64,000 nt of DNA from Phoronis australis. Its lineage: Eukaryota; Animalia; Phoronida. A program made the position numbers and the translations under genes. How positions within the stretch are numbered: position 1 is the stretch's first letter; the number at the start of each line of letters is the position of its first letter. The stretch spans positions 147,432 to 211,431 of the forward strand of contig NMRA01000175.1 of the NCBI GenBank assembly GCA_002633005.1. Reading direction: 5' to 3'. Positions 39,101 through 53,832 of this stretch are shown here, one piece after another. Below the pieces are notes generated by a model that saw only the letters and a program-made list of their open reading frames with translations, was not told the DNA's origin and did not search any database.

Positions 39101-41911
39101 GTAAACTAATTCTATTGCTGCTGAAGATGTTGAACACGAAACAACACTTTTACGGCCCTGTCATCCAAAGTCAGTTAAACTTCATGTAAAACGGTCAGAA
39201 ATGCTTTATTGAACAAACTTTCATTCGGCTGTCCAACTGAGCTCAGATAGTACAAACACCAGCACGCCTTACATACGGTAAAGTCGCGTGACTTTCGGAC
39301 GGCCCGCCATTTTCGACCAAGAAAAAATATTACCGAAATGAGTTTTTCATAGTCCACGAAATTCGTACAAGGTCCAAAAACTGTTTTTTAATGATCTTCG
39401 AACTTCGGACAATGTCATAAACGTCGGATTTTTGCCCCGCGACTTTCGGACAAGGAAAATTTTAGAAACGCTAATTTGGGATCGACGCAACTCCCGTGTC
39501 ACTAAAGCGTTCAACGGATGATTACTACTCTATAAGGCTTGAATCTGAGAATTGGTGTAACGGGCTTTGTAATTTTTACCTTGTCTTGACGATGTCATGA
39601 CCGTTACTCGATTGTCTTGCGTTTAGCTTGTGTTTGGCGCTTTAGCTATGGAAAGAGTCACCGAGNTTGCCATTTGTGATCAGATTTCTTTGATAGCGAG
39701 CAATCCGAATTTTCTGATTTCATTGAATGTAACGAAGACAGACGAAGATTGGTTGAATTTTGGATTAAATGAGCAACATAGTAGTCAACTATGCAGGAGC
39801 TTCATATATTAGTGGAAGGAGCAAGTGACGTCGAGAAGATGGGATATAGAACACGAGGATCTACTGAAGTGGGGCGTTCGAGTCTTGTAGAGCCCGGCAA
39901 ACTGGTTAGAATAAGGCATATCCTGTTTATAGCTCACGTCATCAGGCGGCGAGACCGCGTGTAAGCTAAACGAGTACTGTTAAGTAACATGTCGTGGTTT
40001 TTAGTATTAATCTGGCAATTTGCAATGTCAGCCACGATTTCATTAAGTCCACCACATGATCAATATTCACATTATTAGATACCCCTCGATACCAATAAAA
40101 CATAAATCTTCAAAGTATGGTAGTTAAAGTCTTACATCCATCACAGTAAACAAAATATTGCTATCGCCGATCACCCCGGTGTCGGTTGAACTGCGATGCC
40201 GAAATCCGGGGTGTAAATGCTAACGAGCACTAAGTGTATACTTCTGTTTCCAAACATTCACGGACTGGCGACATAACTTATCAAATGCTGTTTTCATAAT
40301 TTTGTCACTTTTGTTAGAGAAATCTAAAGTTTGTTATCGGGTTCCCATTGAATGCAATTTAAAAATCAGCTTGTTTATTCCGCTTAGTTCTACACCATGG
40401 TTATGCGCACACGTGATCAACTCGAAACCGAGGACTCGTAAATACACAATTCAAAATGCTTTGGTTCAATGTGGTGTTAAAAATGCACCCTGCCAGATTT
40501 CTGTTTGTGTCCCAGGCACGGTGACAGAAGATTCTTGTATGAAGTTCACCCCGATGATCGTGGATTTACTTAAATTTCTGAGCCATAACCCGTTACATAA
40601 CGTTGTAGTAGTTTCGCAACTGTAACATTAACAATCTGTGCCGTTTTTAACCGTTGCAATTCACGTGTAATGCCTGGCATGTATCGTCCATGACGTTAAA
40701 AAGCGAAATGGTGCATTTCCGGAAACATCGAATATAAGGCCACTTATGCTTTGGCTGAAATTCTCACGGAGTGCTGCTAGGGCCTGGGATACTTTGTTGG
40801 CTCAGTCGAAAAGACTATCAATGAAATTATAAAGTTTATAAAATGGTATTATACAGTGATTAACCTTTTTCGTCGCTATAATTGTATAGTACCTATTTTT
40901 CAGTTCCGGTTGTTTATAAACCGACAAGACGAACAGCTGTCTAGGGGGCCGCTCTCCGGCTAGCCATTACATCACTGCATTCCCAAAGGTTTTAGTATGG
41001 GCCTAAAAATTCCTTGACCCGACGCCACTGATTTATTCTCGCAAAAAGAATTGAGGCGTGCGTTCCTGTGAAACACTTGAACACAAAGTAGAAATAGAAA
41101 CCCGTGGAAATTGATGAGCATTATGCGTGCATGTAAAGTCGTGTCGTTGTATGCAACAATTGACCAATGGAACTGTACATGTTTGTGTACATGTGCGTAT
41201 TCGGAATTGAGGGCATAAGTCACTTTGAATAAAAGGTGGCAGCAAAATTTTGCAAAACGATAGAGGTATCATAACTGATATGTTAACATTAAGTATTTCA
41301 ATGAAAAAAAGAAGAATACACGACACCAAAAACACACCGTACTGTTTGGTAAGGCACGCACATTTATACATCGGTTACCTGCGTGTGCCTGTGAACACCA
41401 CTGCTTGGGCGGCCGAAGCCGGAGGTCGACGTATGCATTTGCACAGACCCAATTAGTTCCCGAAAGGTGAATGATTGGAATTGTCTACTTAACTTTATAC
41501 CAAGGAGTAATAGTTACATTAATATGCAGACGTTTTTCAAAAAATAAAACGCATTTAAGGGGTGCCGAGGTGTCTCAAGGAAAAGTACTTCAGTGATACG
41601 CTTCTTTCCTTTAACTGTGTAGTATTACCACTTCCTGGTATTACTTGTCCTAGTACCTTATTCATGTTAGCGTGGCGAACTGGTAATTTGTACAGTTTGA
41701 AACGACATGGTCTCACAGTTCAAAATGTTGTGTTATAGCATAGGCGGATTTAGGGGGGGGGCCTAGGGGGCCCGGCCTCCCCCTTGGCTGCCGCAAAAAA
41801 ACTAAAACAGTAAGAGCGTAGGGAAATGGTGAGTTTATTAATTAACCCCGGTAATTAAAATTATACGGATGAAAAAAGATTTAAATGCGTGCAGTTTTAG
41901 TGTTGGGGGGG

Positions 41912-42352
41912 NNNNNNNNNNNNNNNNNNNNNNNNNNNNNNNNNNNNNNNNNNNNNNNNNNNNNNNNNNNNNNNNNNNNNNNNNNNNNNNNNNNNNNNNN
42001 NNNNNNNNNNNNNNNNNNNNNNNNNNNNNNNNNNNNNNNNNNNNNNNNNNNNNNNNNNNNNNNNNNNNNNNNNNNNNNNNNNNNNNNNNNNNNNNNNNNN
42101 NNNNNNNNNNNNNNNNNNNNNNNNNNNNNNNNNNNNNNNNNNNNNNNNNNNNNNNNNNNNNNNNNNNNNNNNNNNNNNNNNNNNNNNNNNNNNNNNNNNN
42201 NNNNNNNNNNNNNNNNNNNNNNNNNNNNNNNNNNNNNNNNNNNNNNNNNNNNNNNNNNNNNNNNNNNNNNNNNNNNNNNNNNNNNNNNNNNNNNNNNNNN
42301 NNNNNNNNNNNNNNNNNNNNNNNNNNNNNNNNNNNNNNNNNNNNNNNNNNNN
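41912..42352. other. Assembly gap
   Basis: Run of N. Confidence 1.
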
Positions 42353-43178
42353 AACTTGACACGCCACGGAACTAGAGTTTGAAAAAGGCGTTCACATTAT
42401 TAATTTTTACCTATGTTAATTTTTACGCCACTCAATGTACCCATTTTATGCGACCATGATGTGGGGAATCGCCGTTTTTTTCTGTCAGTAACAAGCACAC
42501 TTTCATATTATTGGCCATCCAGGACGAGGACAGGCCAAGAAAAATGTTCACGCAGAAACAACACATTGAGATACTATAACCATTTCAAACAATAAAGTTT
42601 TGATTTATTTCAAAATATTCTTATTTCAAAATATCACCATCATGCAGTAAAATCTCACCGTGACAGTAAAAGGGAAATGTCCAGCAGGTACAAAGTTACT
42701 GTTCCGTACTGGTATCAAACATGCACTCCACTTCAGCAAAAGTCAGGTTTCAATCAACTCTAAGTTAATCACTCAATTCAGTTGAATCCGACATTTACTG
42801 GCACACAATTATGTTACTAGCACATTTATATTGACAACACCCCGCCACAAAATAAATAAAATGACAAAACTCAATGGTCGTAAACTCTACCTGCTCTGTC
42901 CTACATACCCAGGCATTTATACACTAAATATCAGAAGACCATAAACAGGACAGAATACAAAAATGATAGTTTTCCTCGAGTAAGACAGTTACAGATTTTA
43001 AAATCTCGCCAGGCTACAGAATATTTGTCCCATCTCTTGAAATCTACAGAAACAACTCATCTACCGTCTCAATATAACATTGTGGGGTGTAGCTGGGGTA
43101 TGCCTTCCTTCGATCCTGTTCTATTCTTAGTAACCTGGCTGTATTAATAAATCTTCGAATGGTGTCCACCCTGTAAAA

Positions 43179-43397
43179 CATGCACGCACCCAGGGGGGGG
43201 GCTCGGGGAGAACCCCCCATTTGGTGTAGTGGGCAAAAAGGTCCGCCCCCGAGAGCAAAAATGTCAGAGAAAATGGGACAAAAGACCATTAAATAAGGGC
43301 AAAGGCGTTTTTTTAGTCCGGCGGCTCTCTTGTTAGCAAAGGGTCCACAACGTCGGGAATTCGAGCCCCCCAATATTGAAAGCTGGGTGCGTGCATG
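43179..43397. mobile_element. MITE with CATG termini and 5-bp TSD
   Basis: CATGCACGCACCCAG...CTGGGTGCGTGCATG flanked by TAAAA on both sides. Confidence 0.8.
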
Positions 43398-44934
43398 TAA
43401 AAATGCACAACTATTAATCTTGTAGTCACTTTTTGTGTTTCTTCGTTGCTAGAAAACAACATATCTCTTGGTCACCAAACCCTTAAAGACATATCGGACT
43501 AAGAAGGAAAGTCGAGTAAAAGACCATGAAACATCGACTTAAGTAGGGGTTCTAGAGACCAAACTAAGTTGAACATTATTATTTCTGCGATGGAATTCAC
43601 ACCCACAAAGTCATTATATTTCAGTTTTAATTGTTAAACCCCGAATCACAAAAAATTATATCATTGATTCTGGGTCTAATCTTTATACTGGAAATCAAAC
43701 TTTATTTTAATTTTTTATGTTTTCTGTTAATAACTAAAGACCCTTTAATCCTGTACTCAAGCATGCAATGATTTTCTTGGATGATTTTCTAAAAATCCTA
43801 GTTTGCACTTGATGATACTAACATAAAAGCTATGAATTTTTACTTGAAATCTCGTGTTGTTACCAATATTGGTTCCTAGATACTACACAGTACACACGCA
43901 TCTCCACTAACATGGTTCATCAGCAAGATGGCGGACAACTCCGCACAACAAAAACCACGTGACTTCAACTCTCCTATATTTATCTCATTGATTCGTCACG
44001 TATCCCAAGAACTGCATTGTTTGATATTTCGCGTGTTATGAACGCATTGCTTACAAAGGAAGAGTTACACTGTACTAGTTCTTGTGCGACAGTTTCGGAC
44101 TTCTAGTCGTTAGATTTTTGATGAGTTGCTGTACCCATGTGTACTAGATAAACTTCGGTATCTGAATGTTTGCTTGTATTTGAAGCAAATCAGTTAATGT
44201 TTGATGAGATTGACAATAAAACACTAGTGCAATGTTTCGTTTTTCTATTTAGAACCGGTATGAACCCGGACTTTGCCCCAGAAGCGACCTTTTGATCTAA
44301 GCCTCTACTCGTTGTAATATTGGGTTGAGAGTGTGCGTGAGGTTACCAACCAAATGAGATCTCGTGAGATTAGGCAAGGGAGCGCGGTTCCCGACAATCT
44401 TCACTACAGTGTTACCTTTGAAGGATGCGAGATGCCTCCGAGATTTTAGGAATTAAATTTTGTAAGAACATGTAGCTAAGCAGAGCAGATTTACTTGGAA
44501 TACACCTCCACACAATATCGAGTTTCTCAATTTAAAACAGGTATGAACCCGGCTTTGTCCACAGGGGCGACCTTTTTGATTAAAACCTCCAATCGCTGTA
44601 ATTTTGGTCTCAAGTTAATTCATACAAGGAGTGATATACGCGTATACAAAGAACTCACAGTTCATAATCGATGCATATAAATGACATTAGTTTGCCGCCT
44701 GGTCTCTGTCAAGTGTTTTTCAAACCCCTGACGATAATCACTTTCGTTTAGAATAAGGAGCAATTTGAGATCAAATTCATAACGGCAAGTGGTCTGAGTC
44801 AGAAGTTGCTTGTGTTGATGGAAGTCGGGTATGTTACCTCTTTCATTTCTTTAAAACTCTTTACAGTGGATATGGAGTAAGTTTGAGTAATTCAACACTG
44901 CTTTGCGGAAAGGCGGCTGTTCACCTTGCGAAGT

Positions 44935-46867
44935 GCAGTATCCAATACACATGCCAACTATTGGCCCATAACTCTACTTAAAACCTTGTCCAAAATTTTA
45001 GAAAAATCATTTCTCAGCACATGTTTAACCACCTCTCTTCACAAAACCTCATATATCGTCGCCAATTTGGGTTCATGCCTGGTAACAGCACTGTGTCGCA
45101 ACTTATAGAAATTGTACACAACATCCACCTCCAGTTTGAGCAAGGGTACAGCGTGAGATCCGTATTTTTAGACATTGCGTCAGCTTTTGATGTCGTTCCC
45201 CAAGACCTGCTTCTACATAAATTACAATCTTACGGTTTCTCAGGCACTCTCCTCTCACTTTTAAAATCATATCTGAAAAATCGAACTTACAAAGTCCGAA
45301 TTGAGGGTGTCTTATCACCTTCATCAACGCCAAGTTTCATAAATGCTGGAGTACCACAGGGTAGCGTACTAGGCCCCTTACTCTTTTTACTGTACATCAA
45401 TGATCTTCCAGGCACGATAGGCTCTAAAACATTCTTATATGCTTATGAAACTGTAATTTTCCACCCATTCTCAAAAGAGCATCCCCATGACTACTTACAA
45501 TTGCAAACTGACCTTAACAAACTCTATGACTGGTCTCACAAATGGAAGATGAAATTTAAACCTGAAAAAAGTGTTGATCTTATATTTTCTAAGTCTTATA
45601 ATACTCATTTCCAAGCAAATCCAACACTGGAATTATCACTCAATGGGGAAGTTATCCTCAATAAGCTCACGCACAAACATCTTGGCTTGCTACTCGACCA
45701 TAAGCTTACATTTACTCCTCATTGTCGCGAACTCGTTCAAAAAGTACAAAAATTAATTAATCCAATTAGAATTATCTCCCGTCATCTCAACTCCTTGCAT
45801 CTTGAAACTCTGTTCAAGTCTTTTGTATTTCCACATCTAGATTACTGTGACACAATCTATCAATCGGCAAACGCTGGCATACTTCTTCAATTAGAAAGAC
45901 TACAATACCAAGCAGCTTTAGCCATAACCGGGGCATACAAAGGGTCCAACACAATCAAGGTTCTAAATAGTCTTCACTAGAGCAAACTAGCAACCCGTCG
46001 TAAACTCCACCTGTCCATTCAAAGTCTTAACCAACATAAACAATTACTCTAACAAAATCCTCTTTGACTCCTACAAAAGACCAAGCACGAGACCAGGACT
46101 CCGGCAAAGCAATATGCATACTATTCCAGCCTCCATCAGCCAAGCCTTCAGAAGATCAATTATATTAACTTGTATTGACAACTGGAATTCCTTACCATTC
46201 AAAATAAAAGAAAGCACTTCAATCGTCACTCTCAAAAATAACTTTAAAATGCATACCACTACTCCAGACTTGCCAGTCCCATTGACATCATTCCAACTTC
46301 CCCGCAACCATGACATAACCCTATACAGATCAAGATGCGGTCTATTCCTAAACAACGAGAAATTTAGACACAATTTTAATAATATTTCGCCTCTGTGTTC
46401 CTGTGGAGATACCCAGACATATCCTCATGTTTTCTTTGCTTGTGAGGTATGCAAGGAGGAGAGGGTACAGCTCTTCCAGGCACTCGAACAATACCCCTAT
46501 GTTTACAAAAAAATATTCTGAAAATCCGCAATTGTACAACAAAATTAATTTCTTTCTATATGGATGTCAAGAACTTAACTCAAACGAAAATAAGGTTTTA
46601 TTTGAAATAGTATCAGAATTTCTTTATAACATTAAATCTCTTTGTGTGAGTGGATAGAATTTTATACATCTGTATGAAAATGAATTATTTTCATTCGTTG
46701 TCATATATCATTGTATTCTTAACATCAGTTTTTTATTTATGTATTTGTATATAATCATTGTATATAGACTTCTTTGTATTTTTTTGCCCAGATCTAATGC
46801 CTCTTGGCGCTTTCTGGGTTATGTATATTCATGGTATTCTGAAGATTTCGTAATAAAAAATAAAAAA
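44935..46867 (+). mobile_element. 5'-truncated CR1/L2-group LINE with A-rich tail
   Basis: NYWPITLL, QFGF, VFLDIASAFDVV, GVPQGSVLGPLLFLLYINDL, LYAYET (YADD mutated), HKHLG.LLD.KL.F, C-terminal LCSCG....PHVFFAC. The 3' end reads AATAAAAAATAAAAAA. Confidence 0.88.
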
Positions 46868-49209
46868 GTGCAATATCTAGTTAGTTACGTAATAATAACG
46901 TGTTTCACCAGATCAGTGATTTGATTCAATTTGAGAAGGACGAATTCAGCAGAGTGTGATCACTAGTCAGAGAGTGGTATCAACAATTTTTAAGTGAATA
47001 GCAACCAATTGTAAATGTTGAACTAAAGGAAAGAGTGAATTGAATTTTACGCATGTTAGCTATGCAAAAATAATCATAGGCCCATCGCCCAAAAGACACA
47101 ATTGCTGAATACTTTGCAATATTTAAAAAGATCGGGCGTTTTAACACCAATTGACATTTGTACAGCTGAATTGAATATATTTTTAGTTTTCTTAGTTCAC
47201 TGAATACATTGCAATTGAGAAGAAAATGGTACTTTAATCTATGCTATTGTGCCAGAGATACACAATTAATGCACATGCGCTTTCGTTTTCTACTTAAAGT
47301 TCACAGACGTAACGTGCTTCGTCACTGCATGATTTGTCCTCCATGGTCTGGCTACCAAAATTGAAAGCGAAGCAGTCCGCAGGACCTGAAACAGATAACG
47401 TGACACGGAAGGAGTGTCTGAAAAAGTGCCGTACAATGACTATTTAGGGTGTTGACGTTCCTCGAGAAATGAAGTATCAACCACTTTGTAATCGCTTCAC
47501 ACACAAATCTAAGTTTCTATAGCACGGAAGATCCGAAGCGAAAATGTGGGGGCTAAGGCTGCAACCGAAATTTCGGAACGTGCACAAAAAAGAACAATTG
47601 TGGTGTTGATGGTGATAATAAAAGTGTAGTTAATTACAATAATAAAACACAAAAATGTAAAACAACAAATGAGAGCACAAAAATGTACAAAACCTCTCAG
47701 TAGTAGTCAGCAGTAGACCAGTGGAGGCTGTAAGTGGGTTCTTAAATTTCTGCTGTGTATGAATAGTAGTCTGAATAACGCCGTGTATAATCGTTGACCA
47801 TTTTGCACAACACCGTAAATAGTTTGTACAACTTCACAACGACAGCAAAAATAATGAAAATGGTGAAAATATGAGATCAACTTCCATCATACTCTCTGAA
47901 AGAACTGGTGTAAACCCCATGCCGTACTTTCACCAGATAACCGAAAAATTACCACGTGATTGAGGCCTAAACAAGCACAGAAGCTATAGATATTAACGAG
48001 CTCAATTAGAAAACGTACTTGGGCTGCCTTCATCAGCTCCTGTGGCGTTTTGATCAAACACCTTCCTAGTGTAGGCCTATGTCACTTGTGTTTCCAAGCT
48101 TTTATGTATTTTCAACCGTATCAGGGAACTACTATCTTATCTTATTCTTAATCGCAGTACAGAAATGAACTTTTATCGCGTACTTCTATTTGGAAACGAG
48201 GCTATTTGGTCCCACATCCTGATATACTTTCCTTTTTGTACTATGGGAGTGAGAGGAATATGAACTTATTATTTTAGTTTATGTTATGGCATGCAATCCT
48301 AACATACTGTGCGTCAGTTTAACCTATAGTGTATATTTGTCTTTGTCAAGACTACACTATTGCTCCTTATTCTACAAATTGAATAACTTCGAGAATTTAC
48401 GGTTTTGGAATGTCAAAACGCAACCAACTAACGTGCATGTACATGTGCACCTCTGAAGGAAAATAGCTACATGTACGTCGATAACTACTCCAGTAGTATA
48501 GTAAGTCATTTAGGCGCCCCGTTTGGGAGGCTCCTCGATCAAATGTCATCCATGTGAAGGAAAGGGTCAAAGGTCACATGGGATAACTGCAATCGGAAGG
48601 GATACCCTCTGACACAGCGCCACCTATACTGCAAAGTGGCCCTGTGGAAACATGATGAACGACACACGGAATTCCGTGTGTGGGCATCAATGCGCATGCC
48701 TTGGTTTTATTTCCGATGTAAACAAAATGGTTCACTGTGTGCGTGAAAAGGTACCGGGTATATTGCTTTGTGTTCTGTTGCACTGGAATAATGATCATTT
48801 TGATGGAGTGCATTTGGACTCATCCTGAATCTAATTTACTGATTTTAGACGTTTTATGTTCACGTTAGTTGTATACAGTTCGAAATTGTGAACTTTCTAA
48901 GTCGTCCGACAGTTGGGTCTGGGACCGGCGCCAAGCCGGCTAGTAAGTCCAAGCGCGAGCGTGTTGGGTAGCCCTGTGTTTAAAAAAATACCGTGGTAAG
49001 CGCCTGTGGTGCCAAGCTGATTAGCCTTGCCTTTTTATTGTCTTCTGTCTTTACAGCCTTCACTACAACTTCGCCAGAGTGTTTTTAGGTTTTTGATGTG
49101 ATCAATTGTTACTTTGTCTAATATCAGGTCACATAGTGTTAGTGAGAGCCAGAGGCTGAAGACTGTGCTTGTGTTTGATAAGTTGTTAAGATACAGTTCA
49201 AACTTTTCA

Positions 49210-50060
49210 GGTGATCAAGGCATGTCAAGTAGGCTAATACACCTGTGAAAACTCAGAGTCGATCTTGCTGTGTCTGCAACTGTCCACTCACCAAGGGGCG
49301 TTTTTCTATTGAAACATTTAGCATTGTATGGTGGTGTCAATATTTTTGAGGGGATTATCTGCATGAATTTTGAAAGACTCTTACAGACGATTCACACCAA
49401 AGTGACTCATTTCAAATCAAAAATTAAACAAACTCAGAAGTTGTGCAGACCCAAGCGTTGTGCAGTGGAGAGCCCAACCAGATCTGAAGTTAGAGGTGAC
49501 CAGCGCAGAGAAACCCGTCTCAAACTTATTGAGCTCCAGCCAGCATCAGCTGTTCAAGAAGTACAGAAACGCGCACCAGCTGATGAGAATATTTGCAGTG
49601 ATTTAGCACTGAACACTTCTCGAAATCTACAAGTGCATCTTCGTCTGAAAAGAAGGTTGTTGAAAGAGCTTCTAGTATTTTGAAGTATGAAGAACTCAAA
49701 TATGCCATTACAGAATAACGTATGAAGGAAAATGATGCTATAGCAGAATCCATAACTGGCTCAAAGCATGGACGTATTTCTCACTTGCAAGTAAAGAACA
49801 AAAACTCTCATGACACATTATTCCAGTTTGACTGAACCATCATTATCAATGAGATAAAACTTAAATTTCCGGTGTTGTTGCCCCTTATTGTAAGGGTTAT
49901 GTTAACTCCTGACAATAGGTCAAGCGGAAAGAAGGTAGATAGCATAATACCAAGAATTTCTGTTATAATGCCCTGTGCATGCAATCTAGAAGTCAGCCTC
50001 TTTGTCTGGTACAGCGAGTGATATCGTATGTCCTGTCAAGTAGCTTACTGGAGGTTAAGG
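49210..50060 (+). pseudogene. Decayed spliced coding remnant inside the Polinton, possibly the N-terminal region of an Academ/DUF6589-type transposase
   Basis: TTTTCAG acceptor at ~49210, ORF 49270-49683, then SIIPRISVI/ALCMQSRSQPLCLVQRVISYVLSSSLLEVK followed by an AAG|GTATGT donor. The family assignment is from recalled similarity only. Confidence 0.3.
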
Positions 50061-51913
50061 TATGTCACGTTTATCTTGGCTTAAAACAACATTATTTTAA
50101 AGTCAGTGTAAATTGTGGCATTTTAGTACAATTTACAATACATGCCCATAGCCAGAATAAGAAAATGTAGAAAATTTCAAACAACAAATACTAATTGATG
50201 CATTTCTGAATAGTTTTCATCAACAACTTGTATTTCAGATAAACATAGCATCTCTTTTGATAAAGTTCTCTCTGTGGTCTATGTTTGTTAAATAGTGAAC
50301 CAATGCATGAGCAGGTAATACATGAATACAATGCTACCTTGAAGGAGAGACATTTAACGTTATTTTTTGTTTTATTTTTTTAAATTGTCACTGCTACTTA
50401 AGGTGTAACCAGCCAAAATTCTACTACAGTCAAACCTTGTTAGAATGAACCCGTTTTTAACGTTTGCTCACTCAAAACATTCTTTTCTGTAAGTCCTAAG
50501 ACAGCTAATACCTCTTGGAAATTACTTTGGTTAAATTTAACTTCAGATACAACGGTTTTTTTCAAAAGTCTTGAGAGCTTTTGTTATAACATGATTTTTC
50601 TGTGTGTAAGTGCTTCACGGTATATTGTTGACCTTTCTCTATATGTAAGGGAATGTACAAGCCAGGTGGTAGGAGTGTGCCTTCTACAGCTTAGTTTTCT
50701 GTTTCCAGTGTCAAGAGGGATGCTAATAACCCTCCTGGTATATCCTGTAATGACTGTGGCCTTTCGAACTTTAATTTACAGATGCTTCTTCTGACTTTCT
50801 ACTTTGAGAGATGCTTAATGTTCTCTAGCTATTTATCCGTCACTGGTGTGAGACTGCGCAAGCATTCTGGGGACTAATTATTGGTGAATGGGCATGCTCA
50901 AAAACTTTGAAAACGAAAAGAAATGAAAAAATATTCAATGCATGGTAAAAATTCTCCAGTTTGGGACAATGAACTTTTAAATTATTTTTGCTCAGTGTCA
51001 GAGGTTGTACCGTACAAAATTTTGAAAGTAGGCAATAAAGGGTATACCATTATGTTGTTGAACAGCTGATTCTACTTTCACTCTATGTTGACACAAAATG
51101 CATTGTGAAATTTAATATAAATATGATGGACAACACCAAAATTAATCATTGTCTCTAACCATGAAAATTCAACTTTGGCTGTTCGTATTTTAGTGGCTGC
51201 CACAAACTGGAGACTAAAAGTGGGTGGACCCTCAAGAAGAGGTCTCATTGCCGCACTTTCACTGCTTGTGATCATTTTTTAGTGCCCGTGCCTGCACACA
51301 TACACACTGGGATTGGAAATCAGCTTTTCCTATAACATTGTTGTCTACAGCATGCACTTTTGTTTGTTCAAATATCAAAATAACTTTTGTGGAAACTGGT
51401 GGTATATACTGTAGTGTACTTAAGTATGCCTGTTTTGATCATACTGCATTCGGATAAAATTCCGGTTCCATGATGAGATGCTGAACAAATACTTGCAGTT
51501 GACATGCTTAAAAAATGACATCTTGCTCTGAGGAATATGCACATTTTTGGAAATTGCCATTTTGTCATGATTATTGCCTGTTATAATTAAATCTGCAGCT
51601 GTTGTTTACAGAGGGTACATTATGTAGTCGTAAAGAAACTGTTATTATTTAAAAAATGAAACTGTTATTATTTAATCCTGATTGAAGTGTGCAAATTTTC
51701 CAGGTATTTGACCGTCTTTCTGCTATTGGTATAATTCTTAATGTATCACTATGCTTAATTTGGTGCCAGGCATTTAACAATAATAAAGTGTTTCTGTTAA
51801 GAATTGTTTCTGCTCAGGCAAGTTGAATTTTAAAATTTTGCAGATCTGATGCTCTATGTTTCTTATCCTTGTCATCCCTGATTTTGTGGATTTTGTTAAA
51901 TGGCTTTCGGATT

Positions 51914-52245
51914 NNNNNNNNNNNNNNNNNNNNNNNNNNNNNNNNNNNNNNNNNNNNNNNNNNNNNNNNNNNNNNNNNNNNNNNNNNNNNNNNNNNNNNN
52001 NNNNNNNNNNNNNNNNNNNNNNNNNNNNNNNNNNNNNNNNNNNNNNNNNNNNNNNNNNNNNNNNNNNNNNNNNNNNNNNNNNNNNNNNNNNNNNNNNNNN
52101 NNNNNNNNNNNNNNNNNNNNNNNNNNNNNNNNNNNNNNNNNNNNNNNNNNNNNNNNNNNNNNNNNNNNNNNNNNNNNNNNNNNNNNNNNNNNNNNNNNNN
52201 NNNNNNNNNNNNNNNNNNNNNNNNNNNNNNNNNNNNNNNNNNNNN
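51914..52245. other. Assembly gap
   Basis: Run of N. Confidence 1.
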
Positions 52246-52326
52246 CGCGTAAAAATCATCATTCGAATATAAAATCATCAAGACGTTCAGAAAAGTAGTC
52301 TATAGCAAATTTATCAAATGTCCGAA

Positions 52327-53277
52327 TTATATGTTCAAAGGTCCAGTGGTGACGCCGTCGTCGAACACTCGTCGTTTGGGATAAAAGTAGGTGAACGCGC
52401 ACCTCTCTTGCAGGTAGGTATACATAATGTTATCACCGCCTAACAGGAATCCCTTGTTGAGGGCCGAGCTACTCTTTGTGGTTTGTAACACTTTGAGATA
52501 CCTCGCTTTGTCGATTGCATTTCTTTGTCTTTGCACTCCTTTACAGCAAAAATGGGATTGACCGTCGTCCGCCCCCAAGTAATATGTTTTAGAGCAAAGG
52601 GCGATGCAGTACTCCAGTTTCAATAAGCCGGGCGTACGCGTGTCGTAAGCTTCGTTTTCTTCCGTGTCCGTTCGCGGAAACCAAAGATGTTTTTCCCTCT
52701 CGAAAGCTGCTCGCATGTCTGGTTTAATTACGTCCTCAAGACAGTTACCGGATATAGCCATGTACGCCGAGTCCGTGTCCATTTCGCAATATTCAAAATC
52801 GGATCTGTCGACGAATCTTAACATGAAGTCGTAGTAAAACTCCAACATGCGCAACTTTGCGTACTGATAAACGAAAAAGCCTATTTGAAGCGGCAGGATG
52901 GTCTTCTTTTTCATCTCCAATTCGTAAGTTCCGTCCTCGATGTAGTTGACGAGTCTAAATTCCGGGAATTGGACTTCCCGTTGAGCCTTAGCCTCTCCGC
53001 AATACTTTACGTCACGATGTCTTTCTTGATTCGTTACCGTCTTACCATACGCGCTGTTCCCTATGAGTTTCATAGTCTGCGCCACGATCGCTTTGTTTTT
53101 ATCTTTTTCCCCTTCCCGCCTAGCGTCGCTGACTTCCTCACCAAAACGCTCGAAGCATTTTACAGGAGCAAATTCGACCCCCTTATAGACGTTTGTTATC
53201 TCCAGGCCGTGTTCCAAGTAAAATTTCAGAAGCGGGGTCGCGAACAGAATTTTTTACCGAAGAAACTTCCTACGTTC
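52327..53277 (-). pseudogene. polB: Family B DNA polymerase C-terminal fragment (Polinton/adintovirus type)
   Basis: GSFFGKKILFATPLLKFYLEHGL, motif B KLIGNSAYGK, LPLQIGFFVYQYAKLRMLEFYYDF, motif C EMDTDS, RTPGLLKLE, ALCSKTY, KGV. The N-terminal (exonuclease/terminal protein) part is missing. Confidence 0.88.
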
Positions 53278-53339
53278 TTTTCTCAGAGGGCGAGAGCACT
53301 TTTCAGAAATGCAGCCTGTATTCAAGAACTTGACATCAC

Positions 53340-53832
53340 AAGATTCGTCGACAGATCCGATTTCGAATATTGCGAAATGGACACAGACTCGGCGTACATG
53401 GCTATATCCGGTAACTGTCTTGAGGACGTAATTAAACCAGACATGCGAGCAGCTTTCGAGAGGGAAAAACATCTTTGGTTTCCGCGAACGGACACGGAAG
53501 AAAACGAAGCTTACGACACGCGTACGCCCGGCTTATTGAAACTGGAGTACTGCATCGCCCTTTGCTCTAAAACATATTACTTGGGGGCGGACGACGGTCA
53601 ATCCCATTTTTGCTGTAAAGGAGTGCAAAGACAAAGAAATGCAATCGACAAAGCGAGGTATCTCAAAGTGTTACAAACCACAAAGAGTAGCTCGGCCCTC
53701 AACAAGGGATTCCTGTTAGGCGGTGATAACATTATGTATACCTACCTGCAAGAGAGGTGCGCGTTCACCTACTTTTATCCCAAACGACGAGTGTTCGACG
53801 ACGGCGTCACCACTGGACCTTTGAACATATAA
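53340..53832 (+). pseudogene. polB: Second, inverted copy of the polB C-terminus
   Basis: From RFVDRSDFEYCEMDTDS to TTGPLNI the peptide is identical to the minus-strand copy. Confidence 0.82.

Noticed and set aside
41838-42382. Long ORFs across N runs (also 51774-52298)
   Set aside because: Artefacts of assembly gaps.
52885-53832. 315-aa plus-strand ORF as a novel polB fusion protein
   Set aside because: Its first ~150 codons are mostly the antisense of the minus-strand polB fragment. The ORF is a by-product of the inverted duplication.
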